Assembly (NCBI GenBank): GCA_963976765.1
Contig: CAXBME010000001.1
Span: 496,001 to 549,567, forward strand
Direction: 5' to 3'
Length of the DNA: 53,567 nt
Source: an uncultured Planctomycetaceae bacterium
Lineage (GTDB): Bacteria; Planctomycetota; Planctomycetia; Planctomycetales; Planctomycetaceae
Shown here piece after piece: positions 1 through 9,710 of this stretch (within the stretch, counting starts at the first letter, position 1; each line of letters starts with the position of its first letter). A model generated the notes under the pieces. It made no database searches. It saw only the letters and a program-made list of their open reading frames with translations, and was not told where the DNA came from. Made by a program: the position numbers and the translations under genes.

Positions 1-1803
1 TTTTGATGTTTTCGGTGAGCCACGCCACGATTCGTTGATCGCGTGCCGGGCTGCGGGAATCAGCGAGTGAGTAATCAGCGACGACTTTCCACAGCCGCTG
101 ACACCCGTCACCGCTGTTAAAACTCCAAGTGGAATTTCGACGGAAACATCTTTGAGGTTGTGGCGACATGCTCCTTCGAGTCGAAGACTTCGCTCGAAGC
201 TACCAGTTTCAGATTCCGCCTGCCGCTTTGAATCGCGGGTGTTGCCGGCAGTGGCACCCAGTGCCAACGCGGTGGGGGAATCGCCCGTGATTTCATCAGA
301 CGGCCCGGACCAGATGATCGATCCACCTTCCTTTCCGGCTCCTGGACCAAGATCGACCAGCCACTCGGATGCTCGCATCAGGTCGACGTCGTGCTCGACG
401 ACAAGGACGCTGTTGCCACGATCCCGCAGATCTTTCAGGACGTCGATCATACGACTCGTATCGCGGGAATGCAGCCCGATGGTCGGTTCGTCCAGCACGT
501 AGCAGATGCCGATCAGACCGGAACCCAGACTGCTGGCCAGACGCGCTCGCTGAAACTCTCCGCCGGAAAGAGTCGGTGTCGGTCGATCGAGCGTTAAATA
601 GTCAACGCCGACTCGGAGCAGGAATTCCAGCCGGGATGCCACTTCCGGGAGGATACTCTGTGCGGCCTGAGCCGCCTCGGGAGCGATATCTAATCTGATT
701 TTCCGAACAAACTCGTCGGCTTCAGCAACGCTCATCGCCGTCAGTTCATGCAGCGTTGTTTCGGCGAACGTGACTGCGCGTGAGACGGGGGCGAGTCTTG
801 CTCCGTGACACGAATCGCAAAGTGGCTGCCGTGTCAGCTCAACTCGCAATCGGTTCGGCTTCGCCTGAACTTCCGGAGAAACTTTGCGACCGAGACCTCG
901 GCACGCCGAACACGCACCGTACGGACTGTTGAAACTGAATGAGCGGGGTTCCAGCGGAGGGAAGCTCGTGCCGCAGTCTGGACAGCAGTATCGACTGCTG
1001 AAGAGTTGATCGTGCCACCCTTCATCGGTCTGTTCGCAAACGAGGCAGGAGCCATCGCCATGTTTCAACGAGAGTTCGACAGACTCGCGCAGACGCTCTT
1101 CGATGCCTTCCTTCACGATGATTCGATCGACGACGGCTTCGATCGTGTGAGACTCTCCGCGAGAAAGGTCCGGCGGATCGCCTGCGTCGACAATTTCACC
1201 ATCGACTCGGGCACGGACAAATCCCGCCTTGCAGATTTTCTCGAAAACGTCGCGGTGAGCCCCTTTTCGACCAACAACCAGCGGGGCGAGAATCATCACT
1301 TTGCGGCGTTCGCCGAGTGCCAGAATTCGCTCAACAATTGTGGCGACACTCTGTTGAGAAACCGGCACGTTGCAGTCAGGGCAGTGTGCCTGTCCGGCGC
1401 GTGCATAGAGCAGTCTTAAGTAGTCATAGATTTCGGTCGTCGTGGCCAGCGTGCTGCGAATTCGCGCCGAGCCAACTCGCTGGTCAACACAGATCGTCGG
1501 CGGCAGGCCGGTCACCGAATCGACATCCGGGCGTTCGAGTTGCGTGAGGTGCTGGCGAGTTCTGGCGGAAAGGCATTCCAGGTAGCGACGCTGACCTTCG
1601 GCGAAGAGTGTGTCGAAAGCGAGCGAACTTTTTCCGCTGCCGCTGACACCGGTGATCACGACCAGTTTGTCGCGTGGGATGTCGACGTCGATGTTCTGCA
1701 GGTTGTGGACCCGCGCGCCGCGAACACGAATCCAGTCGCCGGTGGCCGGATTTGCGACGACTTCTGAAGAGGTCGGCACGGGTTGCGAAAGACTATTCGA
1801 CAT
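1..1803 (-). CDS. uvrA: Excinuclease ABC subunit A (UvrA), 5' portion; runs off the window start
   Basis: Manual translation of segments from ATG at 1803: ...[19 protein letters not shown]..., Walker [24 protein letters not shown], Zn-finger CxxC motifs, [11 protein letters not shown], signature [23 protein letters not shown]. Probably absent from the ORF track because no stop falls inside the window. Confidence 0.95.
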   Translation of the reverse strand, partial: MSNSLSQPVPTSSEVVANPATGDWIRVRGARVHNLQNIDVDIPRDKLVVITGVSGSGKSSLAFDTLFAEGQRRYLECLSARTRQHLTQLERPDVDSVTGLPPTICVDQRVGSARIRSTLATTTEIYDYLRLLYARAGQAHCPDCNVPVSQQSVATIVERILALGERRKVMILAPLVVGRKGAHRDVFEKICKAGFVRARVDGEIVDAGDPPDLSRGESHTIEAVVDRIIVKEGIEERLRESVELSLKHGDGSCLVCEQTDEGWHDQLFSSRYCCPDCGTSFPPLEPRSFSFNSPYGACSACRGLGRKVSPEVQAKPNRLRVELTRQPLCDSCHGARLAPVSRAVTFAETTLHELTAMSVAEADEFVRKIRLDIAPEAAQAAQSILPEVASRLEFLLRVGVDYLTLDRPTPTLSGGEFQRARLASSLGSGLIGICYVLDEPTIGLHSRDTSRMIDVLKDLRDRGNSVLVVEHDVDLMRASEWLVDLGPGAGKEGGSIIWSGPSDEITGDSPTALALGATAGNTRDSKRQAESETGSFERSLRLEGACRHNLKDVSVEIPLGVLTAVTGVSGCGKSSLITHSLIPAARHAINESWRGSPKTSK

Positions 1804-1868
1804 GCGACTCGTGAATCTGCTCAAGGGACGTATTTAGAGTACGCTCTGGATGACGCCTCAAAATCTGA

Positions 1869-1923
1869 GCCATAGAGAGCACAGAGAAAAGTTCTTACCG
1901 AACAACTCCGTGTTCTCTGCGGC
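1869..1923. repeat. REP-like imperfect palindrome
   Basis: Arms gccatagagagcacagag (1869-1886) and ctccgtgttctctgcggc (1906-1923) are near reverse complements. Confidence 0.6.
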
Positions 1924-1966
1924 AAAAACTCCACGAGCCCGAGATTGATTTCCGCCCGACGGATTC

Positions 1967-2362
1967 CTATCCGTCGCTGGCTGATTCGGAATGCTGGATT
2001 TTTGTGCCAACTTCCAGCAGTTCCTCCAGTTCTCTCACGCAAATCTGAGTCGACCGGATGGCCATCATGAAATTGGTGTGGACTGAAACCTGTCTGGCGT
2101 CCCGTTCAAATTCCACCGATGCTTTTTTCAATCGCCCGATTTTCTTGCGAAGCATGTGCAGGTACTTCACGGGGGTGTCGACCTGGGTTTCTAAAGCCCG
2201 GCACGCATCGAAGATCGTCCGAGCGACTCCCATCAGGCCGTCGAGTTCGGGGTAGTCTTCGACCTCTTCGCTGTGTTTGACAAACGTTCGTACCATCCAC
2301 GCATGCGACATGATTTCGTCGCAACGATTGACGACTTCCTGGAGCGTTGTGAGATCTTTCAT
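1967..2362 (-). CDS. Hypothetical protein, predicted alpha-helical
   Basis: 131 aa ORF with ATG start and natural amphipathic composition, co-oriented with its neighbours. Confidence 0.75.
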   Translation of the reverse strand: MKDLTTLQEVVNRCDEIMSHAWMVRTFVKHSEEVEDYPELDGLMGVARTIFDACRALETQVDTPVKYLHMLRKKIGRLKKASVEFERDARQVSVHTNFMMAIRSTQICVRELEELLEVGTKIQHSESASDG

Positions 2363-2491
2363 AGTGGTAGGTCAGGCTGTGTCTGACGGAGTTTCCGGTA
2401 AATGGCGGGAGCATCCTGTCATGCAGAATGAGTTCTTTCGTGGTTGTTTACTGTGAAGACTTCATCAGGCAGAGTCTGGCCTGCGGAAGTG

Positions 2492-3991
2492 CTATCGGGG
2501 GCCGGGGGCGTTGGTTTGTGAGGCGTTGCGGTCTTCGCCGGGCGTGGTGCGACGGTAGTCCTTTGTTTTCAACGGCAGCCCGGTTTCACGGTCGAATGAA
2601 TCGTGCGAGATTTCTTTCGGGACGCTGTCGTGGGTTTCGTCGATCCACGTCTCCAGGACGCTGCTTAGCTCTTTCTGCCGGGCCGCGAATTCCGGATTGC
2701 CAGCCAGATTGTTGAGCTGATGGGGATCGGTTTTCAGATTGTAAAGTTCAACAGATGGGCGAGGCACGAGAAACACGTCCGCTTGAGCAGCGGTCAGTTG
2801 GTTGGCGTCTCGTTTTTCCTGGAGAGCTACGAACGACGGCGATCTCACCGAGTCCGCTGGCCCTTGCAGAGCCAGCTCCGGGCGGGAGTTTTTCAACAGG
2901 AGAAAACCGTTGCCCCGGATGCCTCGACCGTGCGCTTCGTAGTCGTGCCAGTTGTGTTCTGAAAAGGCGAACTGGCGAATCGCCGCTGCCGGATTCTGAA
3001 ACAGTGGCTGCATACTGACTCCCTGCATTGTTGGTGCCGGCTTCAGCCCAGCCGCAGCCAGAATGGTCGGTGCGAGATCGATGACACTGACCAGGCTGTC
3101 GCTCGTGGATCCGGCTTTCTTAATTCCCGTCGGCCAGTGCGCCACAAGAGCCGTCTTCATACCGGAGTCGTGGAGCCGGGTCTTCGCCCGTGGGAACGGT
3201 CGACCGTTGTCGGCGAGGACGAAGATCAGCGTGTTGTCGAGTTCGGCCTGCTCTTTCAGTTCGGCTACGACTGCCCCGATGTAGTAGTCGAACCGGGTGA
3301 TCTCGTTGTAGTACGACGCGAGGTCTTCGCGGGTTTGCTGATCGTCAATCAGGAACGGCGGCACGATGACGTCTTCATCTTTGTGCATCGGGCCGTAGCG
3401 ATCGGCGTCCCATTGCTTGTCGGCATCCCAGCCTCGATGAGCATCGTACGAAGCGAACCAGAAGAAGAATGGTTGATCCTTCGGTCGCTCCTGCGTGGTC
3501 TTCACCCAGTTGGCGTGCCCGCCGCTGTTCTCTTTCGACCTGCCGCCGTCAACAAGGTCGAAGGGCCTGGGACGAGTTTCGCCGTTGGGGCCTTTCGTCG
3601 AGGTCATGTGATGCTTGCCGCTGATTGCGGTGTAGTAACCGGCGTCGCGGAGCAGTTCCGGAAACCACGGCAGGTTCCATGAGATCGGCTGGTGAAGCTC
3701 CGCGGCCTTCCCATTGTTGTGCGGATAGCGGCCCGTGATGATGCTCGACCGGCTCGGGCTGCAACTGCTGGCCGTGAGGTAGGCCTGGTCGAAACGAATT
3801 CCGTTCTTCGCCAGAGCGTCGATGTTTGGCGTGCGAGCGGCCGGGTTTCCGTAACAGCCATGATCGTTCCAGCTGACGTCGTCGGCGATGAAAATGACGA
3901 CATTCGGGCGTTCGGCAGCGTCCGCAACGAAGCATGGAAGGGCCAGGCCGAATGCAAACAGCCAGCCGAAAGCCAGTTTCAGTCGTGTCAT
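2492..3991 (-). CDS. Sulfatase (S1 family, sulfamidase-like), secreted
   Basis: Signal peptide, RPNVVIFIADD, formylglycine motif CSPSR followed by SSIITGRYP, GKHH, DNG and ELYNLKTDPHQLNNLA. Confidence 0.93.
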   Translation of the reverse strand: MTRLKLAFGWLFAFGLALPCFVADAAERPNVVIFIADDVSWNDHGCYGNPAARTPNIDALAKNGIRFDQAYLTASSCSPSRSSIITGRYPHNNGKAAELHQPISWNLPWFPELLRDAGYYTAISGKHHMTSTKGPNGETRPRPFDLVDGGRSKENSGGHANWVKTTQERPKDQPFFFWFASYDAHRGWDADKQWDADRYGPMHKDEDVIVPPFLIDDQQTREDLASYYNEITRFDYYIGAVVAELKEQAELDNTLIFVLADNGRPFPRAKTRLHDSGMKTALVAHWPTGIKKAGSTSDSLVSVIDLAPTILAAAGLKPAPTMQGVSMQPLFQNPAAAIRQFAFSEHNWHDYEAHGRGIRGNGFLLLKNSRPELALQGPADSVRSPSFVALQEKRDANQLTAAQADVFLVPRPSVELYNLKTDPHQLNNLAGNPEFAARQKELSSVLETWIDETHDSVPKEISHDSFDRETGLPLKTKDYRRTTPGEDRNASQTNAPGPR

Positions 3992-4281
3992 GAGATTTCT
4001 TCCTGAGTTGAGAAGCCGGGCAGGCTGGAGGTTAGCTCACGACTCGCTGGCCGTGAAGTTTCCATTGGTTGTATTGGCGGCTTTGGCCCATTCGGGTGGA
4101 ATGTCTTATCGGATCTGTTCAAGACGTGTCCGAATTTGGGGTTATTTGCCGGTTGAAGAACGTCTCGACATGGATTCAGGGATGCTCCTATAAAACCGCC
4201 ACTCATCACTTCGGGAAGATTCTATCTCCGGCTGGCGTCCTGCCTGTCGACTTCCTGCCTCAACCACGGATGGTTGCCCTC

Positions 4282-6978
4282 ATGCGCAAACTCCCACCAT
4301 TTATTGCCCTCGGCGCGAGCCTGCTTCTTGCCGGGTGCCAGACGCCGCTGTTCAGTGACGGACTTTTCAGCTCGCTCAGCCCGAACAGGACACTGACTGC
4401 TCAAAAACCGTTGCTCGACAAAGACCAATCGGTTAGCGCGACAAAGCCACGTGTGACCGGACGCGGCTGGCGAAACGCGACGACTCGCGAAGCGGAAAAA
4501 CAGGCACAGAAGCCCGCCATCGGACTCAACAACGTCAGCCAATTGCGGGAATTCCTCGCGAAGGGCAGCGATGCGATGCAGAAGGGCCTCTACGATGACG
4601 CCCGAATTCAGTATGAAACGGTGCTGAGCCTCGAGCCGCACCACGCGACGGCTCACCACATGCTCGGTCGAATCAGCGACATGTCGAAGCGGTTCGACGA
4701 AGCCGAGCGGCATTACCTGGAAGCTCTCAGTGCCAATCGCGAAGACGGTTACCTGCTCAGTGACCTGGGCTACTCATACCTTCAGCAGGGACGTCTGGAC
4801 GAAGCGCGACAGTACCTCACTCAGGCGATTACGCGCGAGCCGGAGCTGGCAATCGCCAAGGTCAACCTGGCCGCTGTTTACGCTTACGGCGGCGATGAAC
4901 GTGGAGCGCTGGCCTGGCTTCGTCAGGTTGGCAGCGAACAGCAGGCTCAGGAAACGCTGGCTGGTCTCAAGTCGAAGCCTGCTCCGTGGGTCATGAACGG
5001 GTCAGCAGAAGCCTTTGCAAGCAATCAGGAAAACTACTCGCTTAACAAGAACGGTCAGGTTCTGGACGCGAACGGAAATCCTCTCACGACTTTTGAGGAA
5101 GTTCAAAAGGCAATGGAGATCATCCGAAATCAGCAGGCACGGGCCCGACTGGCCAAAGAGCAGCGCGACCAGTATCTCGAAGGCCAGCGAATCAAACAGG
5201 CGATGGGGCAAAGCAATGGTTTCAATCCTCGCGGAGCAGCCTCGAACAATGACGCGAATCTGAACTCGCAGATGCAGGCCATTGAGCAGGCGGCGGGAAC
5301 GAATCCACGACAGCTTAATTCGCGACCAATCTATGTCGGCCCTGCAGGACAGAACGGCAGTCAGGAACAAGGCAACGTTCAGGGGCAGTTCCAGCGGCCG
5401 AACAATGGAAATGCAAACCCACAGTCTGCCTGGAATCCGCAAGGGCAGACGCAGCAATTCCAACCTGGCAGCCAGACAGGCCAGTTCGCGACGCAGAAGG
5501 ATCCGTACTCAAACCTGCTGAACCCGGCAGGCCCAACGGGATTCCCGCAGCGGGGGTATCCGAACCAGCAGATGCTGCAAGGTCAGTCGGGGCCTCAAGG
5601 GGCAAATGTTCCTCAACAGTTTCCGGGTCTGTCCTCCGGACAGTTCCAGCAGCCGAACGGTCTGACCGTTTCTCAGCAGCTTCCACAGCAACAGTATCCA
5701 GGTGAAATTCCCGGTGCGGAGAACAGGATGCCACCTGGGCAGCAACAGTGGGCTGGGCAGCCAGCATTTGGCGAACCGTCGGTGCCGTACTTGTCGCAAG
5801 GCCAGAATTCTTCACGCCAACAGTTTTCAGAACAGCCAGCACACGGTGGTCAGGCGAGTTGGGGGACGGACCAGGCATTGATCCAGTCGACTTTTCAGGA
5901 CTCGGGCAGGAATCAGGCCGCGCCACCTCAGCAGATGCCCCAACAGTTTCCATCTGATTCCATGCCGCGAGATCAATACGGCAACCCGATCCAGAATTCG
6001 TCTCCGACGAATCCCGCCTGGAACGGGCAGCCTGGAAACGTCCCGCCAACTCGAGGCAGTTCGGCACCGAATCCAAACTTCTTCGGGCAAAGCAGCAACT
6101 TTGGCCAGCGCAGCAATCAGTTGAATTCCGGACCAGCCGAGCAACCTGTGCCCTATCAGAACGGAAATGCTTACTACTCGTCAGCCCAGCCAGCACCGAC
6201 GAATCAGGTTCAGTCGGCGAACGGCTGGAACGTTCCTCAGCAGCAGCCGATTCAGCAGCTTGGATTCGATGAGCAGCGACCGATGGCCCGCATCGATCGG
6301 GGGCAGCGAATTCAGCAGTACTCGGCTGCCGACCGACAGGCCATGCAGTTGGGAATGGCCGCCGGCTTCGGAGCTCTCGCCCCCATCGACACTGCATCTG
6401 AGCAGTCAGGTCAGCAATACGGAAACAGCTCGCCGCAGAACAGCACGTACCTCAACGCCGGTGCTCAATCCCCGACCGCCATCTCGCCAGCAAACGCCGG
6501 CTTCAACGATGATCAGGTACGACAGGCTTCGCAGCCGGGACAGTTTTCACCGCAGAGTCAGAGCCTGCCCGACCGAGGGTATCCGGGAGCCGTTCCCGCG
6601 AATTCCGGTCAGCTTCCAGGGCAGACGAATTTCCAGGCTCCCACACGACAGATTCACGGTCAGTCGATTGCCGATCAGACCGGGCAGGATCCTCAGACTT
6701 CGCAGGCCTGGTTGAGAATGCCGATGTCGCAGGCCGATGTGACCATGCCTGCGGCATTCAGCAATTCCACTCAGCCGACTCAGCAGCAGAGTCCCAACTG
6801 GCAGCGTCCTGACACGGTCAATTCCGCCTGGCAGAATGATGCCTTCACCTCACCGACGACTCAGCCGGGATTCGGTCAACCTCACATGACCAACCCGTAT
6901 TTGAGGTCACCAGACGCTCAAACCGGACAGCAGCAAACCGGCCAGGAAGTTCAAGCAATCTCCTGGGGCAACCGGTGA
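4282..6978 (+). CDS. TPR lipoprotein with long Q/P/G/S/N-rich low-complexity C-terminus
   Basis: Start placed at MRKLPPFIALGASLLLAGC (lipobox LAG-C). TPR helices include AHHMLGRISD and LLSDLGYSYLQQGRLDEARQYLTQA; the C-terminal part looks disordered. Confidence 0.85.
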   Translation: MRKLPPFIALGASLLLAGCQTPLFSDGLFSSLSPNRTLTAQKPLLDKDQSVSATKPRVTGRGWRNATTREAEKQAQKPAIGLNNVSQLREFLAKGSDAMQKGLYDDARIQYETVLSLEPHHATAHHMLGRISDMSKRFDEAERHYLEALSANREDGYLLSDLGYSYLQQGRLDEARQYLTQAITREPELAIAKVNLAAVYAYGGDERGALAWLRQVGSEQQAQETLAGLKSKPAPWVMNGSAEAFASNQENYSLNKNGQVLDANGNPLTTFEEVQKAMEIIRNQQARARLAKEQRDQYLEGQRIKQAMGQSNGFNPRGAASNNDANLNSQMQAIEQAAGTNPRQLNSRPIYVGPAGQNGSQEQGNVQGQFQRPNNGNANPQSAWNPQGQTQQFQPGSQTGQFATQKDPYSNLLNPAGPTGFPQRGYPNQQMLQGQSGPQGANVPQQFPGLSSGQFQQPNGLTVSQQLPQQQYPGEIPGAENRMPPGQQQWAGQPAFGEPSVPYLSQGQNSSRQQFSEQPAHGGQASWGTDQALIQSTFQDSGRNQAAPPQQMPQQFPSDSMPRDQYGNPIQNSSPTNPAWNGQPGNVPPTRGSSAPNPNFFGQSSNFGQRSNQLNSGPAEQPVPYQNGNAYYSSAQPAPTNQVQSANGWNVPQQQPIQQLGFDEQRPMARIDRGQRIQQYSAADRQAMQLGMAAGFGALAPIDTASEQSGQQYGNSSPQNSTYLNAGAQSPTAISPANAGFNDDQVRQASQPGQFSPQSQSLPDRGYPGAVPANSGQLPGQTNFQAPTRQIHGQSIADQTGQDPQTSQAWLRMPMSQADVTMPAAFSNSTQPTQQQSPNWQRPDTVNSAWQNDAFTSPTTQPGFGQPHMTNPYLRSPDAQTGQQQTGQEVQAISWGNR

Positions 6979-7144
6979 GTAACGGCCGGAATTGATCGAA
7001 TCGAGCTGACCACTGCCACATCGAGCTGCCATCGTTTACAACCCGCTCCTGCGACCGGTTGAAAAACGACAACTCCAGCCTGTGGCACGCACTTTTATGG
7101 GCCGCTGGCGGCATCTCAGAATCAACATCCACGAAAGATCGATA

Positions 7145-7348
7145 ATGGCCAAAGACAAAAAAGCCAAACAGAAAGAACGCGAACGTCGTGTTGCGAAACA
7201 GAAACTCGCGGAACGAAAAGCTGCCCGGGACAAGGCCGCTGAGGAATCGCAGAAACCCAAGTCTCAGTTCGCAAAGTTCGTCAAAGAAGCCATCGGAACC
7301 GACGAAAAGGAAGCCGACAAACTTCCAGGTTTCGGACCGGGAAAGTAA
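7145..7348 (+). CDS. Small basic hypothetical protein
   Basis: 67 aa K/E/R/A-rich ORF starting MAKDKKAKQKERERRVAK. Confidence 0.6.
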   Translation: MAKDKKAKQKERERRVAKQKLAERKAARDKAAEESQKPKSQFAKFVKEAIGTDEKEADKLPGFGPGK

Positions 7349-7450
7349 TCTGACTGCCAGTCGGCAGGACATCAGAAATCCGTCCGTGGATTATGTTTAA
7401 GAGTCTGAGAATATAGCCTGTCGTGGCTTTCGGCCTGGAAAGTATTGCGT

Positions 7451-7792
7451 ATGTCCGCTCAGGAAGTTCCGCTCGAAATTGATTGCTCATCCGTGAAAGC
7501 AAAGTTGGACGCGGGCGACACGTTTCTGTTCATCGATTGCCGGGAAACGTCCGAGTATGAAGCGGTCAAAATCGAAAGCGCAACGCTGCTGCCAATGAGC
7601 GAGCTGGCTGATCGCGTCGGGGAGCTGGAAGAACATCGCGAGTCAGAAATCATCATCCATTGCCATCACGGTGGACGAAGTCTGCGAGTTGCCAACTGGC
7701 TAAGGCAGCAGGGATTCTCCACAGCTCAAAGCATGGCGGGCGGAATCGATGTCTGGGCGGTTGAGATTGAGCCCGGGATGTTGAGATATTAG
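7451..7792 (+). CDS. Single-domain rhodanese-like sulfurtransferase
   Basis: FIDCRETSEY, active-site loop CHHGGRS, C-terminal SMAGGIDVW. Confidence 0.9.
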   Translation: MSAQEVPLEIDCSSVKAKLDAGDTFLFIDCRETSEYEAVKIESATLLPMSELADRVGELEEHRESEIIIHCHHGGRSLRVANWLRQQGFSTAQSMAGGIDVWAVEIEPGMLRY

Positions 7793-7812
7793 CTGGGGAT
7801 GTTGAGATATTA
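7775..7812 (+). repeat. 17-bp direct repeat duplicating the rhodanese 3' end
   Basis: gggatgttgagatatta at 7775-7791 and 7796-7812 (21-bp period). Confidence 0.9.
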
Positions 7813-7953
7813 ATCGGAGAGGCTGGAGCCGCAGGCGGTGGTGCCTATAATCCGCGACTCAATTTCGGATGGTCGATCTGACTAGGTTCGAGCGCCCATT
7901 CGACAATTCATCTCCGACGACCATTTCAACACCATAACTCCGGAAACTCCCGT

Positions 7954-9696
7954 TTGATCGCCGGCCCGATATTCAGTCGCGAAGTGCTGACACTGCCGCG
8001 ACAGTTTCGTCACTACCTGATCCGTTCAGGCTACATCGGACTGCTGTTCGTCCTGCTGTGGACGGCTGGGCAGGTCACGTTTGGATTTCAGGATGTACGC
8101 GGCATTTCGGCAATGGCCGGCTTTGGCCAGCAGGTCTTTCAGATCCTCGCCTTCGTGCAGCTTTCCCTGGTGCTGTTTTTCTCGCTGCTGTTTACGGCGG
8201 GAAATATCGCTCAGGAAAAGGACCGACAGACGCTCATCCTGCTGCTGATGACGGACCTTTCCAATCACGAAATCGTACTGGGAAAACTCTTCGCCAGCGT
8301 GCTGCAGGTTGGAACTCTGATTCTTATTTCGGCTCCGGTGTTCTTCTTCCTGCAACTGCTGGGCGGCATTGCCGTTCATCAGATTTTCTGGCTGATTGCG
8401 ATTTGCTTTGCGACGGCCTTGCTGGCCGGCAGCTGGGCTGCGGTGATTGCCTTTCTGAAGGAAAAAACTTTCCAGACGCTGGCAACCAGCGTGCTTGGTC
8501 TGGTCGTTTATCTGGGAGCGATCGAAGCCATCGTGGCACTCTCGCCGGCTCATTCGATCATCGCAGAATGGGCGACGGTGTTCAGTCCGTTTCGGGCCGT
8601 CCTCGAAATCACATCTCCGCTGGCCAACCCGCTGATCGCGACACCTGGCTCTCTGCCGGCGATGGACTCGGTGATCGCGTTGTCTCTCTTGTCCGGAGCC
8701 TTGTCGGCGATTTCGATCAACCGTCTGCGAGTCTGGAATCCTTCGCGAAAGCTGTTCGTTCAGCCTGAAACCGAAACGGGCGCGGATGAATCCGGAGTGG
8801 CCACAACAGCCGTTCGCCACCGCCGGATCTGGTCGAACCCGGTTATCTGGCGGGAGATGAGAACCCGCGCGTACGGTCGGCGAGTCGTCTTCATCAAACT
8901 GGCTTACCTGCTGATGGCTGCGACCGTTTTCTACAGCGCGATTCTGACTGGCGAGTCGGATGAATTAATTCTCGGGATGGTTTCCCGGCCGGTTTTTGCG
9001 TTTGTCAGTCTTGGAATTCTCGGGCTGATGCTGATCAACGCGCAGGCCGCCACTTCGATCACCAGCGAACGTGATGGTCAAACGCTCGACCTGCTCGTCG
9101 CCACCGATATCTCTGCGAAAGAGTTCGTCTACGGAAAGCTCGGCGGCGTCTTCTATAACACGAAGGAGCTGGCCTTGGTGCCGCTGGCCATCGCCGCGTG
9201 GTTCGTCGCGGAAGGATCCATGTCGCTCGAAAATGGCATTTATCTGGGCATCGGATTTTTGTCGCTCGTTGCTTTTGCGGCGATGCTCGGCCTGCATTCG
9301 GGACTCGTCTTCTGGAGTTCCCGCCAGGCCATCGCGAACAGCATGGGGACGATCTTCTTCCTTTTCATCGGAATCTTCATTCTGATGATTCTGCTGGTCG
9401 AAACTCGCGGCTCGTTCGGAAACCAGATTGGTGCCTTCATCCTGTTCATCGGAGTCGGGAGTCTGGGACTCGGTCAGTCACTGACCTTTCGAAATCCATC
9501 GCCCGCCTTGTGGATGGCTGGCGGCCTGCTGCCGGTTCTGACGTTTTATGCGATCACCACGTTCCTGCTGGGCGGCACGCTGGGAGTCTCACTGGCCATT
9601 GCTGCGGCCTACGGATTCACAACGCTGGCGATGCTCGTTCCGGCCGTCAGCGAATTCGACGTCGCACTGGGCCGAAGCACTTCCGACAAGGGCTGA
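7954..9696 (+). CDS. ABC-2 type transporter permease with two duplicated halves
   Basis: Many TM helices; twin motifs IAQEKDRQTLILLLMTDLS..IVLGKL and ITSERDGQTLDLLVATDIS..FVYGKL; TTG start. Confidence 0.85.
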   Translation: MIAGPIFSREVLTLPRQFRHYLIRSGYIGLLFVLLWTAGQVTFGFQDVRGISAMAGFGQQVFQILAFVQLSLVLFFSLLFTAGNIAQEKDRQTLILLLMTDLSNHEIVLGKLFASVLQVGTLILISAPVFFFLQLLGGIAVHQIFWLIAICFATALLAGSWAAVIAFLKEKTFQTLATSVLGLVVYLGAIEAIVALSPAHSIIAEWATVFSPFRAVLEITSPLANPLIATPGSLPAMDSVIALSLLSGALSAISINRLRVWNPSRKLFVQPETETGADESGVATTAVRHRRIWSNPVIWREMRTRAYGRRVVFIKLAYLLMAATVFYSAILTGESDELILGMVSRPVFAFVSLGILGLMLINAQAATSITSERDGQTLDLLVATDISAKEFVYGKLGGVFYNTKELALVPLAIAAWFVAEGSMSLENGIYLGIGFLSLVAFAAMLGLHSGLVFWSSRQAIANSMGTIFFLFIGIFILMILLVETRGSFGNQIGAFILFIGVGSLGLGQSLTFRNPSPALWMAGGLLPVLTFYAITTFLLGGTLGVSLAIAAAYGFTTLAMLVPAVSEFDVALGRSTSDKG

Positions 9697-9710
9697 CGTA
9701 ATCACCAACA

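Noticed and set aside
117..1837. Short plus-strand and off-frame ORFs over uvrA (152-502, 391-597, 1006-1419 and others)
   Set aside because: Antisense or off-frame shadows of the uvrA reading frame.
4069..4281. Long N-terminal extensions in the ORF track (also 29118-29198, 32602-32769, 37873-38091, 50589-50939, 53392-53529)
   Set aside because: Downstream starts give proper signal peptides, family N-termini or SD sites.
5315..6397. 360 aa minus-strand ORF
   Set aside because: Shadow of the Gln-rich tail of the TPR lipoprotein.
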